The notes beneath the pieces were generated by a model, which saw nothing but the letters and a program-made list of their open reading frames with translations, was not told the origin of the DNA and made no database searches. Source: Negaprion brevirostris (lineage: Eukaryota). Taken from it: DNA of 64,000 nucleotides. Both the position numbers and the translations under genes were made by a program. How positions within the stretch are numbered: the stretch's first letter is position 1; every line of letters begins with the position of its first letter. The stretch covers positions 93,112,417 to 93,176,416 of the forward strand of contig JARDVH010000084.1 of NCBI GenBank assembly GCA_030324005.1, given 5' to 3'. This document shows positions 24,896-37,390 of the stretch, piece by piece.

Positions 24896-25430
24896 AGTTA
24901 GCACCCTAGCACAGATCTCTGCTGGACCCCACTGGTTGCAGCCGAAAAGAAAAGGACCCATAATGCCAAGTCTTCGCATACTATCTGCTGACCAGATTTC
25001 TACCGATCTGAAGGCATTGCGTGCAATTCCATGGGCTTTAAATTTGCATTGTGGTCTGCTATGTGGGAACTTGTTGAAAGACTTCTGAAATTCCAAATAA
25101 ACAAAGTCCACTGATTCTCCTCCATCAGCGTTATTAAGTCCACGTGCAAAGAATTCCAATGCATTCGCCAAGCATCATTTCCTTTTTTCAATCCATGTTG
25201 ACTTTGCGTGATTAGCCCACTGTCTTCTAAATTCTGAGTCATGAAATCATTGATAAGGTACATAAGCGACTTCCCCTACATCAACGTTCGGCTCATTGGT
25301 AAAGAGTTCCTTGTTTTCTCCCTAACTCACTTCATGAATAGCGGTCTTGCATTATCTTCCCTCCAATCTGTACTAACCGTAGCAGAGTCCAAAGAAATAT
25401 GGAGAATATTTACCAAAAGATGGTTTATTT
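24895..25430 (-). mobile_element. CR1 RT fragment (5' continuation of 21460-22125)
   Basis: QSQHGLKKG and NALEFF...VDFVYLEFQKSFNKFPH. Confidence 0.85.
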
Positions 25431-25479
25431 GCTGGTCCACTTCCTCAAGTGTTCTTTTGATTTGATTCTGATTTGTTTT

Positions 25480-26060
25480 AAGATTGTCAAATGTATTCCT
25501 ATACAGTGAAACACATTGCTTATTACGTGCTTTTCAGAGAAAGTATGCCGTTCATAGAAAAGGAAACGAGAGTTTGCAGAATATAGTGTTACAGCCACAG
25601 CTACGTTGTAGACAAAGGTCAACTTAACGCAAGTTAGGCTCATTCAACAGTCTGATGGCACGAAGGAAGAATCTGTTCTTGCGTTGGTTGGTTGGAGACC
25701 TCAAACTTTTATATTTTTTTCGGATGAAGTTGGAAGAAAGAATGACCGGGAGCTCTGCGGTCCTTAATTAGGTTAGCTGTTTTGCAGATGCAACAGGAAG
25801 TGTATGAAGAGTCAATGAATAGTTGATTTGGGTGCTGGATTGGGATAAATTCAGTTTATATTGCGGTTTATTTTGTTCTTGGGTAGAGTAGGAGCCATAC
25901 AACCGGAAAGCATGTTTCCATTGTGCATCTGTTAAAGTTGTTGAGAGTCTTAGCTGGCATATCAAATTTCCTGAGTCATCTGAGAAAGTAGTGGCGTTGG
26001 TGAGCTTTCTTAACTGTAGTGTCGGTATGGGGGACCAGAGCTCTTGTATGAATTTCATCA
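25480..26060 (-). mobile_element. Rex/Babar-like LINE 3' fragment
   Basis: Same family as 51700-52560. Degenerate ..KKAHQRxYFLR..RKF RT C-terminal motif. Confidence 0.65.
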
Positions 26061-26510
26061 CAACATAGAAATTAAGCCACCATCAGTCCCATAAATTTCC
26101 CCAAAACCATTTCNNNNNNNNNNNNNNNNNNNNNNNNNNNNNNNNNNNNNNNNNNNNNNNNNNNNNNNNNNNNNNNNNNNNNNNNNNNNNNNNNNNNNNN
26201 NNNNNNNNNNNNNNNNNNNNNNNNNNNNNNNNNNNNNNNNNNNNNNNNNNNNNNNNNNNNNNNNNNNNNNNNNNNNNNNNNNNNNNNNNNNNNNNNNNNN
26301 NNNNNNNNNNNNNNNNNNNNNNNNNNNNNNNNNNNNNNNNNNNNNNNNNNNNNNNNNNNNNNNNNNNNNNNNNNNNNNNNNNNNNNNNNNNNNNNNNNNN
26401 NNNNNNNNNNNNNNNNNNNNNNNNNNNNNNNNNNNNNNNNNNNNNNNNNNNNNNNNNNNNNNNNNNNNNNNNNNNNNNNNNNNNNNNNNNNNNNNNNNNN
26501 NNNNNNNNNN

Positions 26511-26650
26511 CCCTTACCTTCTGCAATAACCTCTTGTGAGGTACCTTGTCAAACGCCTTCTGAAAATCAAGAGAGACCACATCCACCGGCTCTCCTCTAT
26601 CCTTCGCCCTAGACACACCCTCATAGAACTCCAATAAATTTGTTGGCATC
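26511..26650 (-). mobile_element. Young CR1 RT fragment next to a gap
   Basis: TNLLEFYEGVS...VDVVSLDFQKAFDKVPHKRLLQKV. Confidence 0.9.
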
Positions 26651-27432
26651 TAATTATGACGACCATAGTTAAGACGGTTGCATAACATGTATGCAACAGA
26701 TGTGCAATCTCGCTGTTCAACATTGCTAATTAATTAGATTTATTTTCTATCGGATTAAAACTAACTGTCGACATGTTTTACTATTTTGCACAAAAGTCGG
26801 AAGTAAATCGTATGATCAGTCATCATACTTACTGTTACCATTCTCCACTAGCCAATATGTTTCTCCGCGCTGGTCATGTAGACCTTGTTTACCACACTTC
26901 TTATTTTGTTTAATGCTCCATATAATCTGTTGTTAAGTGTCACAGTTTTGCACAGATACTTGCATTTCCTTTTGTAATTTTGAAAGTTTGAGTCTCCACT
27001 TTCATTATCTCTATTTCCCCTTCGAAAATATCGACTTTTGTATTTGTTTCAATATCTGCTTAAATCTCTACCATCACACCATTATTGTCTTTGTATTTCA
27101 ATTAACGTGTCACACCACTATAGCTCGAATTTTGCTAAGATATTGTCCTCCTTTAACGTCTATGTTCTCTTCGTAGACCTGCACTTCTCTCTCTCAATTG
27201 CATGTCGCATTCATTCATATTCAGATTAATTAATTGTGCCTTTTCCACAAAATCATTTTCTGTGCGCTTTGCTTTCTGGTTGCCGCTAGCATATGCGATT
27301 TTAAGAAACTATCATGAATAATACCCATTAATTCTCTTTTTTGACAATGTTTGCTCAGCTGTTTTGTTTTCAACCTGATATGCGGATTGATGGTCCCTTC
27401 CTGCGCAAACCCACTTCCCACTCATCCAACCC

Positions 27433-27434
<2 letters not shown>

Positions 27435-27468
<34 letters not shown>
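27435..27468. repeat. (CA)n microsatellite
   Basis: Pure CA run. A (TG)n run is also present near 1834-1861. Confidence 0.95.
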
Positions 27469-27469
<1 letters not shown>

Positions 27470-27771
27470 CCTCCTACCAGATGGTGGCAACCTTTTTGGG
27501 AATGCCCATTAATTTTGATGTTATACCCAACCGTCCTGGCTTATACAGTTATGGGAGATGTTGATGACGTGGAGGTATTTGTGGGACTATACATCCATCT
27601 CACAAGTGACTAAATGTTTATTTCCTTGATCATTTCCATTTTCAGCATAATGTTTCAAATTAACCTAAGTGGAACGGAGAGACAAGCTTGGAATATTACT
27701 TAATTTGCCTCCTTATTTCATAACTGGAGCACAATTTTACAAATATATAATAAAGTATATTGTTGCCTTAC

Positions 27772-27880
27772 CTGCATTTCTCTGTTGCAGTGAGGCTAGT
27801 GATCAGGCAAAAGCAAAGAAAATGCAAGACGCAATTAATACCAACGTGGTGGTATAACGTGAAATAAATTAAATACATTT
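27772..27880 (-). pseudogene. Transmembrane-like exon, unit D
   Basis: tttcag|AA ATG TAT TTA...; after a frameshift TTLVLIASCIFFAFA*SLASLQQRNA, then strong phase-1 donor G|gtaagg. Shares FAF with the 4.2 kb TM exon. Confidence 0.55.
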
Positions 27881-28244
27881 CTGAAACTGTTAACATGATG
27901 GGGCCACAGATGTTATTCCTTTTCTGAAATTATGTGTTACATAAGACGACATATTGCCCAATTTGTTTTGAACCAAAAGGCAGAACCCCGCTACCAATTC
28001 TACATCAAGAGGAGGCCAGCAATTTCACAATTTCACTCAGTCAGTTACTGTCGTGGTCTTTTCACTGAAGCTAACAAACAAACAATGTATATTTCAGCTA
28101 AATCTCAACCAGTTCGTCAACATTCTTAGGCTTCAAAATGTCATTCTCCAATATCAAAATTTTCCCAATACTTCTCTTCGCTCACTTTGAAATGCACAAA
28201 CATTAATTTTAAATCATTGACAAAACAGTTCACATTTCACTTAC

Positions 28245-28440
28245 CGTATTGAGTGGTGCGCAGGTTCAGGGTTTTTTTTGCTCGACGTTCTTGCACTGTC
28301 TCTGCATCCCCGACTTCGACGCTACTTCTTCGCTGATGATGTATTGTGACGCATTCAATATCCTGCTAAACGAATTTGGATCATTCAAATGATCGGAATT
28401 CCCATGAAATCGTGAATATTTTCGTCCTCTTCATGGATAT
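28245..28440 (-). pseudogene. 3' part of the membrane-proximal Ig exon of unit D
   Basis: FTISWEF...SVEVGDAET...KTLNLRTTQY with consensus phase-1 donor G|gtaagt. The 5' part is displaced by a LINE tail. Confidence 0.45.
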
Positions 28441-28444
28441 TCTG

Positions 28445-28900
28445 AACCACAGATTCACAGAATTTCTACGATGCAGCAGCAGTCCATTTAGCTCGTTGTT
28501 TGTGCACAGGTTCACCAAAAGAACTTCATTACTTACTCAAATCACCCTGTATTTGCCACATGCCCCTGCGCATTGTTTCCATTCAAAAAATATTTAATTT
28601 TCTATTTAATGCTTCTTTTGAAACTGCCTCCACAAGACTTCCACGAAGTGCATTCCAGACCCGAAAAACGTTGAACTTGTTTGCCTTGCTTTGCATTTTC
28701 TTTTGGAATTCTGTCCATAACTATACCCTTGTCACTTTGTTCTTTATTTTACAGGAGTTGGAATTTCATCCCTTTGGACTTTCTTAATCACGACCATGAC
28801 TTTAACCACCTATATAAAATCTTCTTTGACGCGCGTCCCTCCGATGAGAACAGCCCCGGCCTATCCAATCTACCCATGCAACTGAATATTCTGAACTCTG
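28445..28900 (-). mobile_element. Decayed CR1 3' fragment
   Basis: acagattcacagaattt...ccatttagc tail and gagaacagccccggcctatccaatct. Confidence 0.55.
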
Positions 28901-28929
28901 GACGCTTTGTTACAGGAGCTCAGTAAAGC

Positions 28930-29490
28930 ACATTTGTTATCAGTGGCGTGTCGTGACCGAGTTCCGAGTCAGACGATTTATTATCCTGTATCTTGTTTTG
29001 GATATAAGAACAGCATTTCTTGGCAAATGGGGCTGCGTGTGGTGGGGCGATTGCTTTCGAATTTGTACTGCTGTTGGATGACGTTTCTTGCCTTGGATTT
29101 AGGAGATCTTGAAGTTTTTTTTTTGCACCTTCTTTTGGGCATAAATATACATACATGCTTTGCCCACATCTTCGCAATGTAGGAACCAGGGAATAAATTA
29201 TTTTCGCTGTCGAATGAGATCATTATCCTCAAGTATTAGCCGGCTGAACTAGGCAGGTGCTGACCTGGTATGTTGTAGCACAAGAAAGGCTTTGCGACAT
29301 TTGTCCACATTCCTCCAGACTAAATTCCATCAATATGCAGAATGGAACACTTTTATCTGGGACTTCAACAACTCACATCGTTCAATGGTCATGGCAGTTG
29401 GCAGTATGCATGCAAAGTTATTTGGGAGCACTGGGCAGGAACTTCGTTCGACAGAATTGAGTGAATTGCTTATTTTCCACGTGTTTTGGA
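28930..29490 (-). pseudogene. One or two decayed Ig-like exons, unit D
   Basis: MTIERC-x19-W (NLVWRNV), LRIMISF...PGSYI, then ARNVIQQ...KQDTG**IV*. Confidence 0.4.
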
Positions 29491-30259
29491 AACAAAAAGA
29501 CTTGATGCTGAACAAGCGTACAAATTCTGATTGAATGCATGCAAACGTGCCAGTTGCATACTAGAGCTCAATAGTTGGCATTAGAACAAATGTATCTTAC
29601 AATACTGTTAAGTTAGCTTTGAAGCCGTCTAATAAGATAAAGGCACCAATATACTAGAGCAGCAGAATTTATACAAAAACACAGGCACAAAATTTTCAAA
29701 GCTAAAGTTGCTATCATGGAGTTAACTTGAGGCAATGTAAAGTACCAGGATTCACTATTCAGGTACCCGACTCCCCGACACTTTAGTCAAAGGAACAAGT
29801 CTATTTTTTTTTCACTGTAAAATGGTGCACTCTCTCTGCATAACTTATCTACCTTGGTAGACAGTGGGCCCATGTTGTCGGACAACAAATTTTATGAAAT
29901 TGGGCACACAAAATGGAAGCAAACTAAAGCTATCCTCAGAGCCCTCCATTAAAATCACAAAGTAACAGACACTGATCAGTAGACAAGAGCATGCTTTTAG
30001 AATGCAAATGAGCGCTAGCACATAAGGGAAATTGGACAGGATGGCACCTACAGGAACTAAATTAAAGAACACATCCCCAGCCCATCAAAATCAGCACTTC
30101 TAAACCAGTCAAACAACCCATGGAGACACCTAAAATTAACACAGTTAAGGAAGCGTCNNNNNNNNNNNNNNNNNNNNNNNNNNNNNNNNNNNNNNNNNNN
30201 NNNNNNNNNNNNNNNNNNNNNNNNNNNNNNNNNNNNNNNNNNNNNNNNNNNNNNNNNAA

Positions 30260-30500
30260 CACTCGAAAACATCGAAACAGGATGGCTGAAGTCAAATACT
30301 GTAAATAAAGGATTAGCATTTGAAACGCGAAGTTTAGGTATAACCGTAGCCCTTTGTGGGGGAGTCTTTAGAGCACCTTCGAGACAGTGCGATTGTATGG
30401 CCTGACTGTGCTTCTCCGTCGGCGTAAAGAAAATAAAGCTGTGCCGTTATTGAACTTCACTCTGAGTCCATAGTGGTCGTTTCGTCCACTCGCGCTAACA
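30260..30500 (+). mobile_element. Possible LTR 3' half
   Basis: TATA-like site, AATAAA near 30432 and a ...ctaaCA end. No matching TSD found. Confidence 0.3.
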
Positions 30501-31029
30501 CCTGAAAATTTCCTACAAAAACATATAAGTAATCGAACAAAAAATTTATGAAGAGCTATATTTCAGAACCTCTCCGTCCTCCTTTCTGATTCTGAAGATG
30601 GACGTTTAAGTTAGTTTAATAGCATTATTTCGTTCATCTGAATTCGTTCATCATGGTCTTACCAATAACGTAGCATTTTAGCACTCAGAACAATAGAGTT
30701 ATCGGCAAAGGGTCACAATTAATGTGTAGTAATTGGATTGATGCATTCACAGATGATGTCAGTCAACGATTATTTTTATATATTTTTGTTTTCGTCTCAG
30801 TTCTTCGAAGAATTTGCCACAGAACAGCAGGCTTGAAATCGAACTGATTTTTTTTTTAAAGTGCTAAAAATCATGGAATATTAGAATTATAATAGTTGTT
30901 ACGAAACAATCAATAGATTTGCAGTGGACATATCTTCTCCTGAGGCCAGTTGAATCGCAAATAGAGGAAACGGGATATGCATATTTAGTTTTACTTTCGT
31001 GAATCTCACCCGAAAGCATCAGTTGGTCA

Positions 31030-31445
31030 GGATCAACGGAATATTGGAAAGTCATAGTTCCTCTAACATTCTTAGCTGGTAAGAAGCTCCGTTCATTTCA
31101 AGACGATGCACATTTCAATTAAGCTTCGACGGCACCACTATGAATTACAGGCTGAAGAATGAAATGGAACGGGAATACGTTCCAGGCCAGAAGTTTTTGA
31201 TAACGTTTTGCATGCTCATGATATCTGTCCTCCTTCTTTATATTGAGAGACTTACCACCCATAGTAGATAGAAATAAATGCATTTTGTCAAGATAGAGAG
31301 GGAAAACAATCATATAGGATGCCTTTGTGAGAAATATCCTCTCTCTGAAGATGCTGCAGTAGTCATTGACAAGGAAATCACCTATAAAGACTCTTTTTTT
31401 CCCCCCTATGACAGCCGTTTGCTGCCCCATGTGGCAATTATCAGG
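31030..31445 (-). pseudogene. Ig-like exon, largely open frame
   Basis: KRVFIGDFLVNDYC...LNIKKEDRYH...HSGAVEA*LKC. KEDRYH matches 10.5 kb (KTDRYH) and 15.0 kb (KEDRF). Confidence 0.45.
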
Positions 31446-31599
31446 AAAACGTTGGGCATAGCAGCAAAGTAACCACCTACCAGTAAACAATAGTGGCATG
31501 TAAACAATTCACATATGTTACTTCCTTTTTCCACCGTGTCAGATAATCTAACCCTTGACCATGAAGACAACACGTTCAAAATGGAATATTAACTACAAT

Positions 31600-31900
31600 A
31601 GATTGGTTCACAAAACATTCAGAGAATTGCTATCTGTTGGTTTATGAAACTGGCTTTCTTGATACATTTTTTTCCATTGATGTGAGTTCGGAAAACTTAC
31701 AAGTATGAAGAAAGAAATTGCAAGAATTAAGCCATCGTAAACACATGGAAGTTCAAAATCACAAAATGCCATTTCGTTCAAGGGGAGCATATTGCCTATA
31801 TTCTTGCGCATACCCGGAAAGGTATGCTTCGCTGGATCAAGCGTGTGCACAGGAGAGATTATTCTAAAGGATTTTCTGTATTCCCGCATTAACATTCATA
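31600..31900 (-). pseudogene. Possible decayed Ig-like exon
   Basis: EYRKSFRIISP...HTFPGMRKN...YDGL. The core Cys and Trp are lost. Confidence 0.25.
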
Positions 31901-31949
31901 AGCCCAGTGTAATGTCCAAAAATTGGTTTCAAGAATTGTTGCAAATATA

Positions 31950-32200
31950 GCATGTGTGATATCAACGTTGATTTCCACTCATAAGTCGATACTAGACCGC
32001 TACAAAAGAACAAGACGGCATCAGCCAAGCGTGTAGCATCGTAGTAAACTTGACTACAACAACTTAACAACATCTAAACAGCTCCACGTAATAGCACTTG
32101 CCGAACATTCAATGGGCAAGCCCTGTCCCAAAATCAGGCTCTCACGACTTGTAATATGCAACTGTGAGCAGAACAGAATTGTTTGAAACTCTCCTAGCCT
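31950..32200 (-). pseudogene. Decayed Ig-like exon
   Basis: SLILGQGLPIECSASAITWS, then after a frameshift ATRLADAVLFFCSG (DxGxYxC-like). Confidence 0.55.
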
Positions 32201-32289
32201 TAATGCATTTGTTGTATGAATCTCAATTTTGTCAGATGGCAAGATATGAAGTGCTAATTGATGCAGTGCATACGGATGGAGGTGGATTC

Positions 32290-32600
32290 ATCTTCCTCTT
32301 CCTGCGTCTGTGGAACAGAACCTCACTTAAACCGTTGCAGATCTTTGCCCTGAAGCACTGAAAAATGCCTGTGGCATATTCTATTTTAAACACCTCGATT
32401 AAATATGCACTTTCCGCCTTCGAGAAGCGCGTTGCACACACACAAAAAAGTTGTTCCTATGTTGTTGCCGTTGCTGCTTTTGACAGTCAACTCTTTTCTG
32501 GGTCTCCTGTGAACAGGGGGAAGGAAATATACATCTACACTCTTATCCTGGCCTGATCCCTCAGAATTGTGAAAAGAGTTTTCAACTTTCTTCTGAACCT
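32290..32600 (-). pseudogene. Decayed Ig-like exon
   Basis: TRFSKAESAYLIEVFKIEYATGIFQCF gives a D-E-F strand pattern. Confidence 0.45.
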
Positions 32601-33481
32601 CCACTACTCAAAGACATATAATTCAAGCATCGTCCATTAAGTTTTTGCTGTTTGCGTACATACTGACTCAATCTAACAAAGGTTGGATACTACAACAGCA
32701 AAAGTAAACAATTACAATTATAGTGGTTCTTGAAAGTTCGCAGTTCGTTACTTGTGCTTTTTTATTTGCTTTTTCGGACTTGTATCTAGAATTGTCTTCC
32801 AGATACAATTCGGGAGCAGTATGAAATCAATATTTCAGTCGACATACAACTCACCATAAGAGAAAACATGAAATCACGCACAACACTAAGTTTTCAAGCT
32901 TTTCTACTGCTTATGGTATCATGTAATACCAAATACATGCTTTAGATCTAAAAAAAATTAGGTCACACTGACTGCTTCAAAACAGAGCGGATTTAAGAGC
33001 AATGAGTAACTGTTTGGTTGACCCTATATTTGCAGACACAACCTCTATTTTTCGAAGCATTTTCTCACCAACATCAGCAAGGAGTTTCTGAAGTCTGTCC
33101 GAGTCTAGTTCCGTGAAAAGAAACAATAACTTTTGCATTAAAAGGTAAATCGTTTGACCAACCGGGAAGAAACAAAAAAAACCAATAATATAAGAAAAAT
33201 TGGATTTTGGGGGGAAAATCTAACAATTAATAATCATCATGACGCATGGTGAAATAAGCAAAGTGGCGCATGTGTGGCTAAACTGTTGAGAGGAATCTGC
33301 AAATAATAGAAAATCGATAAGCCGGCGGATAAGGAGGCGGGTCGGGAATCGTTTATTGGCGATTGGATGGGCTATGAAATGTTTGTTTGCCCACTAGGAG
33401 TGCTGTGATTCTAAAGGCAATGGAAAGGAATCCTTCCAAAAAAAACGTTTACGATTGTATATCTTAAAAGAGCAAGGTTAC

Positions 33482-33531
33482 CGGGACAATTGATAAAATG
33501 CAAAACCAAAATACTTAAACATGTTTTCCAT
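33482..33531 (-). pseudogene. Candidate leader (signal peptide) exon with a 1-nt insertion
   Basis: Removing one G after ATG gives the 49-nt MKTCLSILVLHFINCP G|gtaacc, the usual IgSF leader size and phase. Confidence 0.3.
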
Positions 33532-34519
33532 TTGTTTGTTTTTTTTTAATTCAGCTGTGGCGAGTGGAGTTTGTACACAATGAATAATCATAGAATAAGC
33601 TCTGTAACCAGATAAGTGCCGATGCACCCACATCAGTGCTTGTGGAATATATTCATACTCAGTTTTATTGTACCTTTGATAATTCCATAAATTATGAGAG
33701 GCAGCATCTCGTTAAGAATACAAACATGTGCCTTCAAAGATCTGTCGGGCACATAGAATTGCTCCTCAGGGCAAAGACTGTTTTTGACGTAACTATATGG
33801 TGGAAGAATTTAACTGGTGTAAAGGGCAATTGTGGAAAAATCTTATTGCAGTGCCTTTATTGTGCATTTGAAATCATATCTGAAGCAATTTTAGGGACCA
33901 TTTAATCCTCGCCATTGATTTCTTAATGACCTTTTGAAATTGTGCATTCCACAATTGGTTGCTACATTACTTTGGCCAACGCAGGCATCAACAATTGGGT
34001 ATTTTCAAATTCTAGTTTAAATATTGTAACAGATATTTACTTTCTTTAGAAACTACAAGGCCACTAATGTTGTTGTAAAATTTCTATAAGTGTCTTGCAA
34101 ATTCTTCTATCAGGATAATAAAATTACCACGTCATATTCAGTTGACTATTCAGTGCATGAAATATTTGCAGTTAGGTATCCTACTGTCCCAAATGTTGCA
34201 GGGTCTTTTTGATGGCGAAATATTAGCATTGACTGGCATCAAATCTTTGATCTGACAGAAAATATGACACATCACTGACATAAATTGACGCGTGAAAATG
34301 CTAAATTTACATTCTATGATTCATTGTTCTACCCCTGCCCACACTGTGGAAAACATCCTTCCCTGGCTAGTTAACATGACATCAATTGACGTGGCTGAAT
34401 TTCACCAATGTCATATAATCGTTGAATTGTTATAGCTCAGAAGAGACAATTCGATTCATTAGGACAATAATAAATCCGTGTAAGTGAAATCTAGCAAGAT
34501 TTTCTTTTTTGTATGTCTT

Positions 34520-34790
34520 AATATAGAACATTGAACATACAAAAACTACAGCACAAACAGACCCTTCGGCCCACAAGTTGCATCGATCATATCTTCTGCC
34601 TCCTAGGCTTACCTATTACCCTCAATCCTATTAAGTCCCATGCAATCATCCAGAATTCTTTTTAAAAAACATCGAATTTGCCTCCACCTCCACCGACGGC
34701 AATCGATTCCACTCACCCATTACGCTCTGAGTGAAAAACTTACCCCTGACTTATCCTCTGTGCCTACTCCCCAGCACCTTAAACCTTTCT
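34520..34790 (-). mobile_element. CR1 3' tail
   Basis: tagaacattgaacat...cagacccttcggcccacaag and ctctgagtgaaaaacttacccctga. Confidence 0.75.
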
Positions 34791-35309
34791 TCGAGACAAC
34801 ATTGAACTTGTCTGTGAGCGAAATGACTGATGGTTGTGTTTACAGTGCCATTTCAGGCAGATTAGTTTCTTTATTTTTATTTTATTTCGGTTTAGCAATG
34901 GAGAAAAAAAAATACAACTAGTTTTCCCAGAAACTGAAGGACTTCGTTCCTGGTACCTTATTTAAATATATTTTGCATTCTCTCTGAATCCTTTGCAGCT
35001 TCAATTTATCGTACATCCCAGGATTAGATATCACACGGAAGCAGTGTTTCATAAAGATTCAGGAGATCTGCATGCTTCTGCTATCTATGTATCAAAATAA
35101 AACTCATAATGGTATGTTAAGTTAAAAAAACTCACAACTGCCAGGCAATGGAGAACGCACTCCTACAGCCTGCCGTTGAGAATTATGAACGGTATGTCCT
35201 CATGCCTCTGATCATTCATTCCACCTCTGCTGCGGGAAATCACGTACGAAGACGTACTTTCTCAATGCGAAGAACAAAGATTTCGAGGGCGATGCGTGCA
35301 TTAAGTTTC

Positions 35310-35608
35310 AGTTATTTGTGTCACAAATAGGTTGACATTAACGCTGCAATGAAGTTGCTGTGAAAATCGCCCAACCACCGCATTCCAGCATCTGATCGGA
35401 CACTCTGAGGGAGAATTTAGCATGTGAAATGAGCATAACGAGCACGATTTTCGGACTATGAGAGGAAACCAGAACGCCTGGAGGAAACCTACGCAGCCAC
35501 AGGGAGAATATGAAGGCTCCAAATAGATCGTGACCCAAGCCGGGAATCGAAACACTGTCCCAAGCATTATGAGGAAGCAATGCTAACCATTGTGCCTCCG
35601 TGTCGCCT
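35310..35608 (-). mobile_element. HE1-related SINE
   Basis: tRNA-like head (ggcgacacggaggcacaatggttagcattgc...tcgattcccggcttgggtcac) and core match 48433. Its tail also occurs near 5060-5120. Confidence 0.85.
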
Positions 35609-37084
35609 AAAACAAAATCAAGTAACAGCATTCCTGGAAAATTATTACGATTGAAATTTTCGTTAATAATAATATTAATATCATATCCTTTGGAAAATTA
35701 TTAAATCTCCAAACTTATACTTAACTTCGTACTTTATTTCAATTCAAAAATCATGTTCAATTTTTTTTTTAAGATCTTCGGGACATTTGGCTTCAACTTC
35801 CCCAACTGCCTTTCATTGTATTTCGGCCTTACTGTTCTTAATTTCATGGCAGTGATAATCCGTTCTCGTAGTTACCAATAGTGGCCAGAGAGTCATGGCC
35901 AGACTGTAGAGATGTTTCACATGATGAAGTGCGGTTTTGCGAGGATATACAGAGAGTGACTATATGGATTGCTCGGGATTGTTCAGGTCGCAATAGCCAT
36001 GCAAATGAAGGTTTCCAAAAACTCGATTTAATTGGAAGAAACCTTCAACTTTTCAAGACTACTAGTGGCAAGTGTGAATAGTTGCCGATGAAATATCGGT
36101 CGAGCTAACGTCAATTTTATTCCAGTGTTATGTGTTGCACCTCGGGCTGGTAACCCCCTCCCCTAACATCCTGCCGTAAGTTTTAACCACAGAATGCCCC
36201 GCACAGCAAAATAACGACACGCCATATTCTTTGAATCAGCAGATCACTTTGTCCAACTAACTGTGAGCCAGAATGGTCAATTATTTTTCACTCCTCGGCT
36301 CGATGACTTTGAAACTCGCAGTCTGAATAATTATTGTCATTACAACTCGGTTCCACCTCCCCAGAATTCCCTCCACCCTACGGTCAAAATAGCATTGCCA
36401 TCACCTGAGGAACTTCTACGCACATGCTGTGCTGAGAACCGGACTACCACTCATCATTGAGTTAACCTCGATCACCACACTAAACCAACTACGAAAAAAT
36501 ACCAATCTTTTTCATGTCTTTCAGGCTACCTCAACTTCAAGCCCAAGGCCTGATAGCAGTACGTCCAATCGACTCTATCACCACTCTGAACGTACAATAG
36601 TATTAGGCAGTGCTTCCACCTATGTATGCACTTGAATGTCCATCAGGTCCATGTACCAACGACACACAATCTTCTCAGCACACGAAAGTGGCTAATCCCC
36701 AACTCCACAACGATCAGCTGACCACCCTGTCTCCTCGACCACGCCATCCCTAAATCCACCCCTCATCCCCGCCCAACAGACCCCACCCCCACCACCCGAA
36801 CTCCCGTGCCCGCCGCAAATACCCCACCCTCAACTGCAGCCAATTAAGAGTACCTCAAATTAACTCATAAAGCCCCTTGAACACCAGACAATAAAAAAGC
36901 CCCCAAACTGCCCGAAATCCCCCAAATCATCCAACGCATCTATCTTCTCGCCTGTCAAATTGACTGTAACTATTATTATTACGGGCTATGTCAGATACCA
37001 GCATTAAAACAAGATGAATTGTCACTATCCTACCGATAGAATAATGCAAAGTGGGAAGGGGGGGGGGGCAAACAGCAGGACATT

Positions 37085-37390
37085 TTAAGGAGGCCTGTGC
37101 CGGAGGTCAAGGCTCGACATATTGAGCTCCGCCTTGGAGTAAGGGACAAAGAGAAAGTTGGTAATTGATGAAGATTTTCTCTTCGGGTACAGCTCGACTC
37201 TAATTCTGCCCTCTATGCTTCCTATGTAATGCAAAGAGTTGTTTGCAAAGTTTAATGATATAGCTACAGTTTCAAGATATGAACCCCAATTAAAACGAGG
37301 GACATTGCTTTGCAGGCGAGATAAGCTCGTAATCTGCCTATAAAGAGCTCCATACTTAACCGAGATATGCTCTATTTTAGAAGTCAAATG
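37085..37390 (-). pseudogene. V-like Ig exon, open frame but both Cys lost
   Basis: EHISVKYG...RFNW...EGRIRVELYPKRKSSSITNF. Confidence 0.45.

Noticed and set aside
26893-26926. 34-bp exon as the missing micro-exon of unit D
   Set aside because: Wrong length, weak acceptor, and it abuts decayed CR1-like sequence.
31608-32073. GPCR C-terminus (EYRKSFRII)
   Set aside because: No seven-TM pattern or NPxxY motif, and the flanks are Ig-like.
35881-36081. B30.2 domain suggested by VARES
   Set aside because: The motif is isolated and on the opposite strand, with no LDPxTA, WEVE or LDY motifs.
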